From Oopsacas minuta (lineage: Eukaryota; Animalia; Porifera), in contig JAKMXF010000088.1 in the NCBI GenBank assembly GCA_024704765.1, positions 310,001 to 374,000 of the forward strand: a stretch of DNA of 64,000 nucleotides, given 5' to 3'. Positions 1 to 12,699 of this stretch are shown here, piece by piece (within the stretch, counting starts at the first letter, position 1; the number at the start of each line of letters is the position of its first letter). The notes below the pieces were generated by a model. That model was not told where the DNA came from. It ran no database searches and was given only the letters and a program-made list of their open reading frames with translations. Made by a program: the position numbers and the translations under genes.

Positions 1-417
1 TTGTTTACAGCGCCCATAGGCTTTGAAATCTAGGTTGCACAAATTCAGTCTGGTAGGAAACATCTAGAAATTGTTGACAACCAGATTGAATTTGTGCCCC
101 CCATATATCAAAGCCACACGACGCAATAATGTTGTCCTTCTTCGGTGCAGATGTTACCCCATTAAGCGGAGTTGACTAGAGTACGAAAGAAGGGCAACTC
201 CGGAAAACTTAATATACCTTTATCATAATACAATGCCAATAATAGTTAAAGTGATGGAGCGCCTCTCCCCCTTGAATATATAGTGGGGGAGCGCGGCTCC
301 CCCTACACTACACCCCTGCTTATAACCCTCACCTTAGGTCTGGATTGTATCATAAGCTCATGTACAGATAAGCCTTGTGCTCAGCTTGCACTCACAGTGA
401 TGAACGTTCCTCTAGAA

Positions 418-538
418 CAGCGGTTCCCACCCTTTTTCACCCGTGGACCCTCCCATATACTGCAATAGATCCTGTGCACCCCCTGCTGTCGTTCGTGGAC
501 TACCAAATGGTCCATGGACCCCGGGTTGGGAACCGCTG
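418..538. mobile_element. Short non-autonomous hAT/Charlie-like TIR element (MITE)
   Basis: Left end CAGCGGTTCCCACC and right end GGTTGGGAACCGCTG form a TIR. The left flank CTCTAGAA fits the NTCTAGAN target preference of Charlie-type hAT elements. Related copies lie at 5553-5718 and, degenerate, at ~30288-30387. Confidence 0.65.
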
Positions 539-1119
539 CTCTTCTAAGCTGCTGAATATTCAGCTTAGAAACACAGGTTCTACCACAATTTTGGAATTTG
601 TTTACTTTATATTAATAAAAACAACAATAAATTTACATATGATAAACTTGAGAAATCGGATTCAGCATACTTAGTTACCCCTGGGTAGTCGTTTGGAGCA
701 AGCCTGTACGTATATTTTGAGATTTGGATAATTTGTTTACTTTATATTCATAAAAAAAACAATAATTTACATATGATTAATGATGAGCTTGCATTTGGCC
801 AAGATCCTGACGTCAGAACATTTGGCCCATTGAGGGGCACCTGTGATTCAATTTTCAAACTTCTATCATGTATACTGACTGAGCAATGGTTAATACTGTG
901 ATTTTCGAAATCCCAAAAGGTGACAATCGTCATAGGTGTGAATTTTGTCCAAGACTCGACTTGTCCGAGCCCTGCCAGAATACCCCTGCATGCTAAAAAT
1001 CGGCTGGGGCCAATTTGTGATTACACTTCCGGATTGCCCACACCTGACGATATTATCCAAATAGGAATTATGTTAAATGAATCGGCACTATTTTTTCTTA
1101 GTATAGTGTATTGTCATCT

Positions 1120-1929
1120 ATGGGGTGTTGTCCATCTAACTCATTCAATCAACCTCTTCCCATTCCCCCTCTCCAAACAAATTCTAACACCTCAGCTCAG
1201 TTCCATCCTTCTAATTCCATCTCCTGCTCGCCTGACAATCCCCCTCCTTATTCCGTACAACCATTATCAGGGCACAAATCGATATCATTACCTCAATCTA
1301 ACGGTATGATACCATTAAGAGGATGGGGTGAGCGACCAGTGGATAGTGCATGGCCTGCTACTAGTCATCCTAATGAAGTAGGTAGGGAACAACAGTTACA
1401 AACACAGGTTCAATTTCTCCAGCAATTCATCAACATACTACAACAGGAATCAACTGATCGTGTAAATCCACTAGGAGCTATTGAAGCAGTAGAATCTATA
1501 GGAGACATTGACGAGTTAGATCAGTTACCTCCGCTAAACCAGTTTCTTAATACAAATACGTCACAACAAATACACAGTCATAATAATGTCCTGCTTCCCC
1601 CTGCACTCCCTGATTCCCCTATCCTCCCATCTTTCCCTGCTCCAGTTACTTCTCTAACTCATACTGATTTGACACCTGTCAGACTTCCTCCTATAGACAC
1701 GCATGATTTGGATCTTGTCCCTGAGAGCACACATGATCAAGAAGAATCTCACTCTCTAAGACCTCCTTCTAGAAAGAAGAGAAAAAAGAAGAGACGTAGA
1801 CGTGCTACTGTCGCTCCTCTCCCTCACTCCCCAGAATATCCAATACTCACTCTACAGAGACCTTTCACTTCTCCCAACCTCAGGGCTACGCTAGCTAGTC
1901 CTCTTGGCTCTGATCAAACATTTTTCTAA
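1120..1929 (+). CDS. Orphan proline-rich protein (269 aa from MGCCPS), or the last exon of an upstream gene
   Basis: Long open frame. ATG at 1120 gives MGCCPS; it also has PPPY and an RKKRKKKRRRR tract. A good in-frame acceptor (ttttttcttag) ends at 1101, so an upstream exon is possible. Confidence 0.55.
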   Translation: MGCCPSNSFNQPLPIPPLQTNSNTSAQFHPSNSISCSPDNPPPYSVQPLSGHKSISLPQSNGMIPLRGWGERPVDSAWPATSHPNEVGREQQLQTQVQFLQQFINILQQESTDRVNPLGAIEAVESIGDIDELDQLPPLNQFLNTNTSQQIHSHNNVLLPPALPDSPILPSFPAPVTSLTHTDLTPVRLPPIDTHDLDLVPESTHDQEESHSLRPPSRKKRKKKRRRRATVAPLPHSPEYPILTLQRPFTSPNLRATLASPLGSDQTFF

Positions 1930-2476
1930 TCATGATGTCACTTTTTGTAACATTCCTTCTGTTCGAAAATGTTTATTTATTTATTATATTTCGAATTTTT
2001 TATTTGTCTGTTTCTACAGTAGACTTTAGTTAATCGAATATTCCCTTCGTAACTGTTTCCTTGGACATCTTCATTTATATGCAAATACAATGAATTTTCC
2101 CTCTTTAACGAGGAAAACCCCCAAAATATCCAATATTTTCCCTGGTGGTTTGCAACTATGTATTAGGATCATAGCATATATGATAGGATACCGATTTTTG
2201 GACATATTTTCGCAGGATTTGATACACATGTCCCAATAATCGGTGCAAGAAGTATGAGAGTCCCCAATTTTTCCCGCATTGGCCACTTTGTATGGTGATA
2301 ACGTCATAAAATAATGGGATAAAGATGATGAAATGCCGCCCGCCAGCATGCTTAGATGTAGCATGTGGAGCTCAAACAAGTTTCTCATTAACAGGTACCT
2401 TGTTGATAAGTGGGTAGAAATTATTTCATTTGTAATATTTATTCCATACAATTTACATACATTTCAATTATCTAAG

Positions 2477-3100
2477 ATGGCTTCAGCAAAGCCCCGATCA
2501 ACTGATCGCTGGCTAGAAGAACTTAAGAGTTCAAAGAAGACCTGTCTAGTATCAGACGGTAAGAAGAAGGTGCATTATCTATTCACGAGCGGTCTGGAGA
2601 TGTCTGAGGATTATGACCTCAAAACAGGTACCATGCTGGTACGCAGATTCAAAAGGAAGAGTATCTTTGGTGGAGATGGCAAATGGGAGTTTGAAGTTGG
2701 ACTGTCATCCTCGAGGGGGGACGAGGGTAACCAGATAATCACAGAATGTTTCAGCAACCCGATCTTTACACGAGTTGACACCTCAGTGTATTTTCAATGG
2801 AGAATTAGAAATTTGACTTATCCAAAATCTAACTATATAATCAGCTGTAATCCTGTTGAGAGGGAAATTCTAGTAAAAACTGTGAATAAAAAATATTTTA
2901 AGAAGATTAACATACCGGATATGGATAGGTGTGAATTACCGTTTGATTCAAAGGCTCTATCGTTTGATCATGCTAACAATACACTGATTATTTCTTACAA
3001 AAAACCGCTTGCTATTCTAGATCTTGAGAAGAAAGTTTTCAAGGAAATATCTAATCTGAAGGCGAATGAAGATGGACAAGTTGATTGTGCACAAAGTTAA
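2477..3100 (+). CDS. DPCD: DPCD (deleted in primary ciliary dyskinesia) homologue, intronless
   Basis: Contains GKKKVHYLF..EMSEDYDLKT..L.RRFK, WEFEVG, NPIFTRVDT..FQWRIRNLTYP, LVKTVNKKYFKKINIPDMDR, and ends in C-x-Q-S, all matching recalled DPCD. Probable start is the ATG at 2477 (MASAKP). Confidence 0.88.
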   Translation: MASAKPRSTDRWLEELKSSKKTCLVSDGKKKVHYLFTSGLEMSEDYDLKTGTMLVRRFKRKSIFGGDGKWEFEVGLSSSRGDEGNQIITECFSNPIFTRVDTSVYFQWRIRNLTYPKSNYIISCNPVEREILVKTVNKKYFKKINIPDMDRCELPFDSKALSFDHANNTLIISYKKPLAILDLEKKVFKEISNLKANEDGQVDCAQS

Positions 3101-3597
3101 TTATTGTATGTTATTTCTGTTATTCAATTCAATTTATAGTAGAAATTCATACACCGAGTACACACTTACCAACCTTTTATAACTGTTTACCGGGATATTT
3201 TTCCCAAAATCCCTGTATTTCTAAATCAATGTAAATAATAAGAATTTTCCCTCTTATGAGGAAAAAAGCCAGAAAGATCGGTAATATCCACTCTACCAAG
3301 CCAGGAGCCCCTAGCAATGACTAATTATCCTATGACGAGGGATACGATAATTACTTCGCTATAAGCGGAGTTCTATATAACCGATGACATTTATGCTACT
3401 TTGACGGTTTGGGACCATATACAGTGGAACCTCAATAATGTGACACTAACGGATGGTAAATATTTGTTCGCCTTTTCCGGAGTTCGCATGATTTGTACGA
3501 TTTCAGAATTCGAAAAGCTTGAATTCAATATAACGAGAATCGACTGTATGTATTAAACATGCTTATAACGATAATAATATCTGTATTAGCTTTCTGA

Positions 3598-5149
3598 ATG
3601 ACGATGGGTAGGAAAACCTGGCTAATGACCCCAGACCCTTATCACATTCCTGGATACTGTGGGTATTGTCCTCAGCTCAAATATCATATAGGTAGGACTT
3701 TTGGTGGTCATACACACAATCTATTAACCAGTAGAGATGTGGCTTGTTCTGGTAGAAGTGTGTTAGCTAGTACAGAACCAGCTCAGTATTATGAGGAGCC
3801 CACACAATCTCCTTTCTATGACAGGTATGTTCGTCTACATAACTCATAGTTGTTATAATTTGTGATACGCAACGAGTCAATGTACTGAAGCTAGAACGTT
3901 TTGAGCTTCTTCATAGATCTATCATATTCTATACTCAATTTCAAGTTTGTATCTCTTACCTGTTCCTCTATCAACTCGGACAATAGTACATTGATTTGAA
4001 TACGTATATAAGAGTTTAGCAATCAAATCATATTGTTAGTATTTATAAACTATTCGTCATAGACCAATCCACCCTGGAGAAGAGCTATCATCTTCTCGCC
4101 CTGAACTTAAACTTACCTCATCCATGGTTCCTGGTTACACTGGAGTCATTCCAAAGGGACAGCATTATTTCGGGTGTCGCTACGCATTAGCATCACGTCA
4201 CGCTATTGATGATTTTCAACGTGATCAGATACAACTCCATCAACAAGCAGTTGACATGAGGAGAACAGCTGAGCTGCAGAGAGACCCTACGCTTAGAGGT
4301 AGCATGACGTCATCACAACACACTACACCTCTCATGTCTATGTCTCAGTATCCTGAACCTTATGTGACAGATTTCGCTAGGCAACACACAGAGTCTGCTT
4401 TTCTACTTCCTCCCGGACATCCTGATAAACGGTTTGACTATTATTATTTAATACACGTACTCCTAAGGGAAACACAATTTACTATCTGAGTGTACGTCTT
4501 ATCGGATAGGAATTGTATTAAAATATATGGGAAACTTTGTTTTGTATGGAATACAGTGAGGGTAAGAAACTTCATATGAAACGAACTTAGTTTATTTGTA
4601 ACACAAATCTTACGGCATAGCATAGCATACCATAGCATAGCATAGCATTCTATGCCTACGGGAATGATTTTTATTGGGGCCACTGACTGGGTTCAAATTA
4701 AGTGACCCTGTCAGTCGGTTATTTGTACTTTAATATATGGAGGCTAATTAGTGTGTAATTGCACGACATACAGAAATCTCGAATTTCAATATCTAGCGTA
4801 TAAATATTCTTCTAACAGATTCATGTCTGGATACACTGGCTTCGTCCCTAAGGCTAGAAAGTATCTTGGAGAAGGCTACCCGATCATTTCACAGCAAGCT
4901 CTGTCTGAACACTTTGGAGAGCAGAGCCGGTTGGACAGACTCAAATCTGCACCCGTAGAGGTGACACGCCCCCTTGGCACCACGGTAAGACCGGATACAG
5001 TTGTACCAAAAGCAGGGAGCTTGTTGTACCCTAAGACCTCAGGTTTAGTACCAAGATACACGGGACACATTCCATCACACCGTTTTAGCTTCGGGGTTCC
5101 GTTTGGTCAGAGTACTCAGAATGCTCTAGCTACTCTACCCAGGGAGTAA
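3598..5149 (+). CDS. FAM166/CIMIP2-like ciliary microtubule inner protein, 3 exons (3598-3824, 4063-4431, 4819-5149)
   Basis: Repeated family motifs PDPYHIPGYCGYCPQLKY, MVPGYTGVIP, FMSGYTGFVP and LVPRYTGHIP. GT-AG junctions are phase-compatible (2/2). Confidence 0.8.
4616..4648. repeat. (CATAG)n pentanucleotide microsatellite in an intron
   Basis: catagcatagcataccatagcatagcatagcat read directly. Confidence 0.9.
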
Positions 5150-5552
5150 CTATCCTTAAATAATTCTATAATCTATTCGTATTGTTATATCATGTATGTA
5201 CTTTATATATCCTATACTACTTGTATTACACATTTACACACACAATTTTAACGTATTTATTGTATTCGATCGTAGTCATAGAAATATCCTGAATTTACTT
5301 CATTTGTGTTAATTCCTTAATACAAAAAGTCGTTAATTATGAACCTAGCGATTGATCAAAAATATGCTTACAGAGCGTTCTTTTGTTAATACAATCAGTT
5401 CGTATCAGGTTTCAACCACGAATTTTAAAAATACGTAAAATTTCGCATTCACTATGCAGCTATGCGGATCAGGTTTGAGCTTGAGCGTTGCGAGCACTTT
5501 GGTCGTGCCTTGAATACTAGCTATTATGTTTACACACAATAATACAAAAAAG

Positions 5553-5718
5553 CAGTGGTTCCCAACATGGGGTCCATAGACCCTTTGGTGGTCTGCGGAC
5601 GACATCAGGGGTTCACAGGGTCTATTGCATGGGAGGGGTCCACAGAATGTGTTAAAAAATTGGTATAGGGGGTGACTGGGGGTCCACGGGGAAGAAGGTT
5701 GGGAAATGGGAACCGCCG
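5553..5718. mobile_element. hAT/Charlie-like MITE, related to 418-538 (opposite orientation)
   Basis: Ends CAGTGGTTCCCAAC and GGGAACCGCCG. The internal gggtctattgca..gggaggggtccac segment is the near reverse complement of the 418-538 copy. Confidence 0.55.
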
Positions 5719-5990
5719 CAAAAAAGGGATGTCAGGTTCAGCCCCTTTGCCCCACCGGACCCGCTCCTGCACGGATCGCTGAAATATGGTCACAAGAAAA
5801 TTGCAGCCAGCACGATTTTTAAGCTTTTCCCATAATAAAACAAGAAACATGACGTCATAGAAACCTTCAATGTTAATTTTATGATGGCTAAAGTTTGTAG
5901 CTTAAAATATTATTTGTGTGTTTATAATCACTGAATAGAAATTACATTTATTCACACACTTATCCATACAGTATAATAATTAGCTAAGAA

Positions 5991-7401
5991 ATGGACACCC
6001 AAATTCTCTCAATCCTTCGCTCTGTTCTACCAGGAGTAGAGCATTTCATACAAGAGACTCTAGCTTATGAATCTTTATCAGATTCAGCTCGCATTGAATG
6101 GGCTGTATTAATACAACATTTAACTAAACTGCAGCACAACAAGATATCGCTAGAGGAATGTATTACACAAATACAAACACAGACAGAAGAGCAGGATAAT
6201 ACAATTCCTGTACTAGCTACTTCATCCAGTATGTATGAGTCTAATATCTTACCAAATACCGAAAATACCGAAGTATTGAGTAATACTGTAGTTAGCAGTG
6301 CTGATATAGAGCAAGTACACAATTTGAAGATTCTACTGAATGAAGAGAAGAGTGAGAATATTAGTTTAGAGAATAGTAATGCTTCTACTGGTTAGTTATA
6401 CTATACGTCATATATTGGGTTCGTATTAACAGGCGTCTACTGTATGTTCTGGTGTATTTAAATACTGATTTATCGTTCTTCATTTGTGTGGCGATTTTCT
6501 CATTGTATGTGACTTTTGATTTATAAAATGTTCAGCCGACAGACTGGTAGTGTATCTCGGGTCCTGCTAGCATAGCATATAACAAAAATGTGTTGAAACA
6601 TGATTAAATATATGATAAATATCCATATTTAATATTTCCAATGTTAGAAACGAATTTAAGCGAACGATTACCACGGTTTAACCGTTGTAACAAATATTTT
6701 GCATCATTAGGAAGCCCGTGAAAAATGAGGAGGCCTTTGTTAGTGTAAATTCGACAAAAGTAGCAGTTGAAGGAAAAACACTAATACACAGTTTTCTCTC
6801 TACTTTAGATACAGAACAATCCTATAGTAACTTAACATTTTCAGAGCTACTCAACCCTTTGAATATCTGTACAGATTCTGCTAATTCCGATCTTTCTATT
6901 GACTGTAATAATGAATCTTTCCTAGAACAATATACCATGGATGCTGATAGACAATTCATCTGTTCTGTTTGCTCTAGAAAATTCGCAAAGAAGCAGCATT
7001 TACGTCAGCACTTGATAGCACACTCTGGAGATAAACCTTTTAAATGTAGTTTCTGTGTAAGACAATTTATCTACCCGTCTCTTCTAAGAGATCATTTGAA
7101 ACTACATCTTAATCCACCACATCCCTGTACACATTGCTCCAAGAAGTTTATTCATAAAAAAGCATTGTATAAACATATGCAAATTCACACATCTGATAAA
7201 CCGTTTTCTTGCATTGATTGTGGGAAGAGTTTTAGAACTCGTTTGTGGCTAAATATGCATATAAACAAATGTCACGTGTTAACAACACCGTCAGTTGTCA
7301 AGGATGTGACAAGAGTTATGCCAGCAACAATCGTCAACTCTCAACCAATTCAGCAGAAGATTGAACCAATAATAATACAAGACAGTTCTAGCTCCCTATA
7401 G
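5991..7401 (+). CDS. C2H2 zinc-finger protein (4 fingers) with a probable N-terminal helical exon; exact splicing unresolved
   Basis: 6718-7401 encodes four C-x2-C..H-x3-4-H fingers with SGDKPF/TSDKPF linkers and lacks an ATG start. The upstream ORF 5991-6390 starts with ATG and ends at a donor (g|gttagt). Joining them needs a phase fix, via either a microexon 6648-6675 or the donor at 6233. Confidence 0.7.
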
Positions 7402-7896
7402 GTTAATTGATATAAGGATTAACTACATATTCAGCAATTGTTGATAATATATTTATGATTGAAATTATAATAGTACAGTCACTCCTGTTATATCGAACAA
7501 GGATTTATCGGAATGCTCGCTTATATCGATGTATGAAATTGTACAAATATGGTCTCAAACCTTCAAAATACAATGCAACCGCCACAAAAGGTGCCTCTGG
7601 AAACGGAGTGAAAATAAATAGAGCGAATTCCTAGTCCCATACAAATTAAGCATTTTCCCTAGCACCTCGTCTGTAGAGGTTACAGTATATGTAACATACA
7701 ACTCATTGGTTATATCTAACTCCACTTATATCGAGGTAATTATCTTGGTCCCTCGAGTTTCGATATAACGGGAGTCGGACAGTTGATTATCCGCCACTTT
7801 TGACAGGTCCCAACGAGTCCGGATAATCGAGGTTGTGTTGTATTCTAATTCATTTACTATCTCTTTAGTCTATTTGTACATTTATATGTTTTTGAG

Positions 7897-10800
7897 ATGT
7901 CAAAGACTGATGCTACAGTGTTACGAGATCGCTCATTAAAAATATTATCAACAGAATTCTGCTCATTAGATGAAGAAGTATCCTCGTATATAGGAGGTAT
8001 TCTAGAGACCCCAGATGATATCAACACTGAAGATGAAATATTCGAAGCTATAGGGGAACTCCTAATGGGTGTATCTCCTGATAAAAGTGAACAGGAAGTA
8101 CGAAAAGTTTTGAGGAAAATTCTTAAAATTCTTCAGAAGAATTCTGATTTTAGTTTGACTGAAGCGAAGTTTACATTATTGGATGCTCCGATTAATCTTA
8201 GAAATCAAATAAATGAATCTAACACTGATCTTGATAATAATGTTGGTAACATATTGGATACTGACTGGAGTATTGTTGATAAACATAAGTTAGAAAAGGC
8301 TGAGAGTAAAAATAAACAAAAACAAGTTAAGAGAGATTTGGAAGAGGCTGAGAAATTTAAAGATTCTAGTTCGAATACAGCTAGGTCTGATTTTAGGCCA
8401 ACACTCAATCAGGTGAATATTCATTCGGTTATTAATAAAAAGATTGTAGTATTGTTTATCATATAGAAATACACTTAATATGCTAGCTTCAGATCATTTC
8501 ACTGATTATCTAAAGCTATTTATACTGTTTGAATAGTTCTGTTTATGGCAAGTAACCAGATTATCCAATAGCTTCAATTATCATCACAATTGGTATTATT
8601 TATCTCCATATACGTAATTACAACTTGTTAGATTCATTCAAGCTGTATAGCTATACCAGGATATTGTCATAATAATACTACAGCCAACCTCTTGGGTCCT
8701 TACCTCCAAGATTCGGGTACCTCCATAGACCGGACATGATTTACTGAATGAGTTTAAAATGATTTGAATATTCTCTGGTATCCTTAATTAATGCATCTCG
8801 AAACTGTTCGTATCTCTTTAGTATAGCATATTTTTATTAGAGAATGCCTATGCCTTGTTTGAGTATCTTTACAATTAATAAATAACACTCTGTCCCATAC
8901 AATATTCATTTACTTACATTCCAAAGGTGAATATCCGTAACAACCCCTCAATATCTACTGGCAATTGGCAAGACATTCGATTAGAGGGAATAGACTTAAA
9001 CTACGGAGGACACTGTCTATTAGAGAACTCTAACATATGTCTAGTCAGAGGTAGAAGATACGGATTAGTTGGTAGAAATGGAATTGGTAAAACTAGCTTG
9101 TTAAGAGCAATGAGTAGCGGAGACCTGAATCTACCTGGTAACCTTAAGCTAGTACATGTAGAGCAGGAAATGGATGGAGATGATACTATAGCTATAGAAG
9201 CTGTTGTTAATTGTGATAAAGTGAGGAGTAGATTGGTTGCGTTAGAGACCGAGTTAATGACGTCAGATACTGATGGTGTTAAGAATGAACCTGCTAAAGG
9301 GAAGAAAAGTAGAGAGAGATCAAACAAGTACGATTTAGTTATCCAATATTTTTAGGTCATTTTCACCATCTTAAACCGGAATTATAGTGTTGGGCTGTTG
9401 GTGGAACTAAAGTTGAACTTTAATACGAACAATGTTTATACTTTTTGGATTTGACGAACAAATATTTACACGCATAATCAAGTCCCTTCAAAGTATATCT
9501 AATTGGTATTACTCCAGTTAATACGAATTCCGAATAAGGCGCAAGAGAAGATATTTGACAGCCCGTTTGTGTTCGTATTAACGAGGTTCCACTGTATTTA
9601 ACTCTACAGTGGAGTTCGCCTATTAGCCAGTCGTTTCCCTTGCTATATTGCGAACTGCCCGAACGCCACTATAATTACATGGTTCTGATTCTGGTCAAGT
9701 GACCAGATTAACCGGTTAAACTTACTATTCGTATTCTGCATTATAAAATTCACCAAATATTCCCTCTCTCAGATCTCAGAAGAAACCTACCTTAAGTCTA
9801 TCAGAGATACAATCCCAGCTGTTAGCGATAGATGCTGATAAAGCACATGCTAGAGCAGGCTCTATTCTATCAGGGTTGGGATTCACCCTAGATATGCAGA
9901 GGGGTCCTACTAAAGCTCTGAGCGGGGGCTGGAGAATGAGACTAGCCCTAGCAGGAGCTCTCTTCTCTGCTCCTGACCTACTTCTGTTAGATGAACCTAC
10001 TAACATGTTAGATCTTAAAGCTGTATTGTGGTTAGAAATGTTCTTAGAGAGATGGTCTAACGCTATGCTGGTGGTATCACATGACAGAACATTCCTGGAT
10101 AATGTATGTGATCCTTATTCATAATTTTCGAACTTTTATCCATTCTTATATTCAATTATCTCTCGTTATATTTACTCTGTATTATTTTGGTCAATCAATT
10201 CTCACGATTTAGGGTCTAAGTATTAAGATAATATGCTTGACTGCCATTCCAAACTTGATTATACCAATATCCTATATGAAACTGTATCTAATTATATTCT
10301 ATTTGACAGGTGACAACTGACATATTTCATATGAGAGATAAAACTCTAACACATTACAAAGGTAACTATACCCAATTTGATAACACTAAAGATGAGAGAT
10401 TACGTCATCAACAGAAACAGTATGATGCTCAGGAAATGAAGAAAGAACATTTACAAGCTTTTGTAGACAGATTTAGAGTAAATGCTAATAGAGCGTCACA
10501 AGCACAGTGTAAGCTAAAGGTAGGCAATACGTGAACTATTTTTGTAATACAGGTGCTTTGATAAAACGAAGATTGACTGCTCTAGTCAGCTGACCCATGA
10601 TTTCTGTTGAGACCCGAATTTGTACAGGTTTGGTTGACTAGAGAAATAATATGCTATGTCCTTCCCAAAGCACAATATGCCTCTAAATACAAATTTCACT
10701 CTTTTGAGTTTGTGCTTTAATTCCTTCCGATATTCGTTAATCGCTAGTTTACTTAATTGTATCCGACCGATACTGTAAACAACTTGGAACTTTATTAAAA

Positions 10801-12648
10801 TGATAATTGAATAATTTGGGAAGACACCCTTATTGGCCATGGGTGTTGCAATATTGTCCTGCTATTTGAGCCACCTTGACAAATATGTTGACTGTATTCT
10901 TATTACACTACCCCATACAATCTGCCCTGTGTGAATATACGTACTGTATTTACTGTATTAGATTTGTAGGTGATTGAGAAAATGCCAGACTTAAGGCCAG
11001 TTGAGAAAGAGGTAGAAGTAGCACTCCGCTTCCCTGTAGTCAAGAAACTGGGTCCTCCTGTCCTATCCCTCGACGAGGTAAGCTTCTCTTATCCCGGACA
11101 GACTGAAGGAGAGGGTATTTTCTCTAAAATATCTATAAACGGTGATACAGAGAGTAGGATAGCTCTCGTGGGAGAGAATGGAGCTGGTAAGACCACTCTA
11201 CTCAGATTATTGGCAGGAGATCTACAGCCTACATCAGGGAACAGGTAGTTATGGATACTGTGTTATCTATACTTTATCCATTATTTAATTCACTTGTTGC
11301 ACATGGAGGAAAAGTTTAGGAAGCATTGCATTAGGATAAATACTAATTGGAATACCAATTCGAGGCTATAATTCGAATATGTGAGATTGGGAAAGATAGC
11401 CGGGGGGAAGGTTTATTGCACGAATTAACCATACAAATAAGATCATTTTCCTCTGATATTCTATTATCTTTCCGCGAATTTTCAAACGCATTTTCGAATG
11501 AATATATAACGCAATAATTAAGGAATACTTTTGTCAATCTTTAACCACTAACGAACTCTCCTCAAATTTGTTTAATAGTATTTAGAATGGTATGAAACAA
11601 CACTTACAGTATTATTACAAACTATTGTTGCTTGTAGAATATCTCACAGACATTTGAATATTGGTTACTTCTCACAACATCATGTGGATCAGCTGATTCT
11701 AGATATTACTCCAATACAAATGCTAGCTAAGGTCGTTCCAGGTCTAAATGATGAGAGGTATAGATGGGAATTGGGGGCGTTTGGTCTGTCGGGAGAGCTT
11801 CCTCTCAGACCCATCTGTACCCTGTCTGGAGGACAGAAGAGTAGACTTGCTTTAGCACTACTTTGTGCTAAGAAGCCTAATTTCTTGTTTCTAGACGAAC
11901 CTACTAATCACCTTGATGTAGAGACTGTACAAGCTCTGGGTGAGTAATTAACTACACGGTAGAACTCGGATAAGACGTGCTACTTCTTTAAATATTATAT
12001 TCTCATTCATAATAATACAATCCTCATTCGGATAAACCGTACACTCGGAAAGTATGTGTACTACTTCTTGTTTCCCGAAGGGATATGTCTCATCCGGGCA
12101 GAGTTCTACTGTAATTATTTTTTCAAATTCAGAAGCTATTGTGTAAGCCTCGATTCGTATTTCTGTTTCTTTGAGTAATTAACTTTTTGTATTGTTTGTT
12201 TGTGGCCGTCGAATATATTTCTAAATATTATTCTGTTAGAACATTTGACCTTTTACGACCAGCGAGATTTTGAATTTTTGAATATCTAAAAAGTGTTAAA
12301 AAGTGGAGGAAATATGGCAAGACGTAAAATTTATCATTCTACTTCGATTTGCTCGTTATGTATACTCCGATATAGTAACATCTTATGAAACAGGACACAT
12401 TTCGCGATCGTTTAATCCATTTACACCAGTTATATTCATTGGATTAATCTTAATGTTTTCTAATAGGTCGTTCTCTCTCTCACTACAGAGGAGGAGTTAT
12501 ATTAGTCAGTCACGACGAATCCCTGGTTAATCTGTGTTGTAAGGAGGTATGGCTTGTGAGGATGAATGGAGGGGGATTAGATCGATTGGAAGGTGGAATT
12601 TCTCAGTACAAGAAAGCTCTACAGTTAGAACTAAAATCATATTTATGA
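7897..12648 (+). CDS. ABCF3: ABC-F family ATPase ABCF3 (GCN20-like), multi-exon
   Basis: Two ABC cassettes (GRNGIGKT/LSGGWRMRLALA/LLLDEPTNMLD and GENGAGKT/LSGGQKSR/FLDEPTNHLD) with no TM domain and an ABCF3-type N-terminus. The last exon, 12467-12648, reads GRSLSHYRGGVILVSHDE...ELKSYL*. Confidence 0.9.
11953..12113. mobile_element. TA-flanked MITE (GTAGAACTCGGATAAGACG family) in an ABCF3 intron
   Basis: Ends gtagaactcggataag and ccgggcagagttctactg are inverted. Related copies at ~35565, ~37857, ~42493 and ~63090. Confidence 0.55.
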
Positions 12649-12699
12649 GAACTTTTAGAGATATTTGATGTAAGAAATAAAATCTGAGTTTAATTGAAA

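Noticed and set aside
283-1309. Short ORFs at the window start
   Set aside because: They overlap a MITE and AT-rich DNA, or are alternative frames of the 1120-1929 ORF.
2333-2476. N-terminal extension of DPCD from the first ATG
   Set aside because: No resemblance to DPCD; homology starts after the ATG at 2477.
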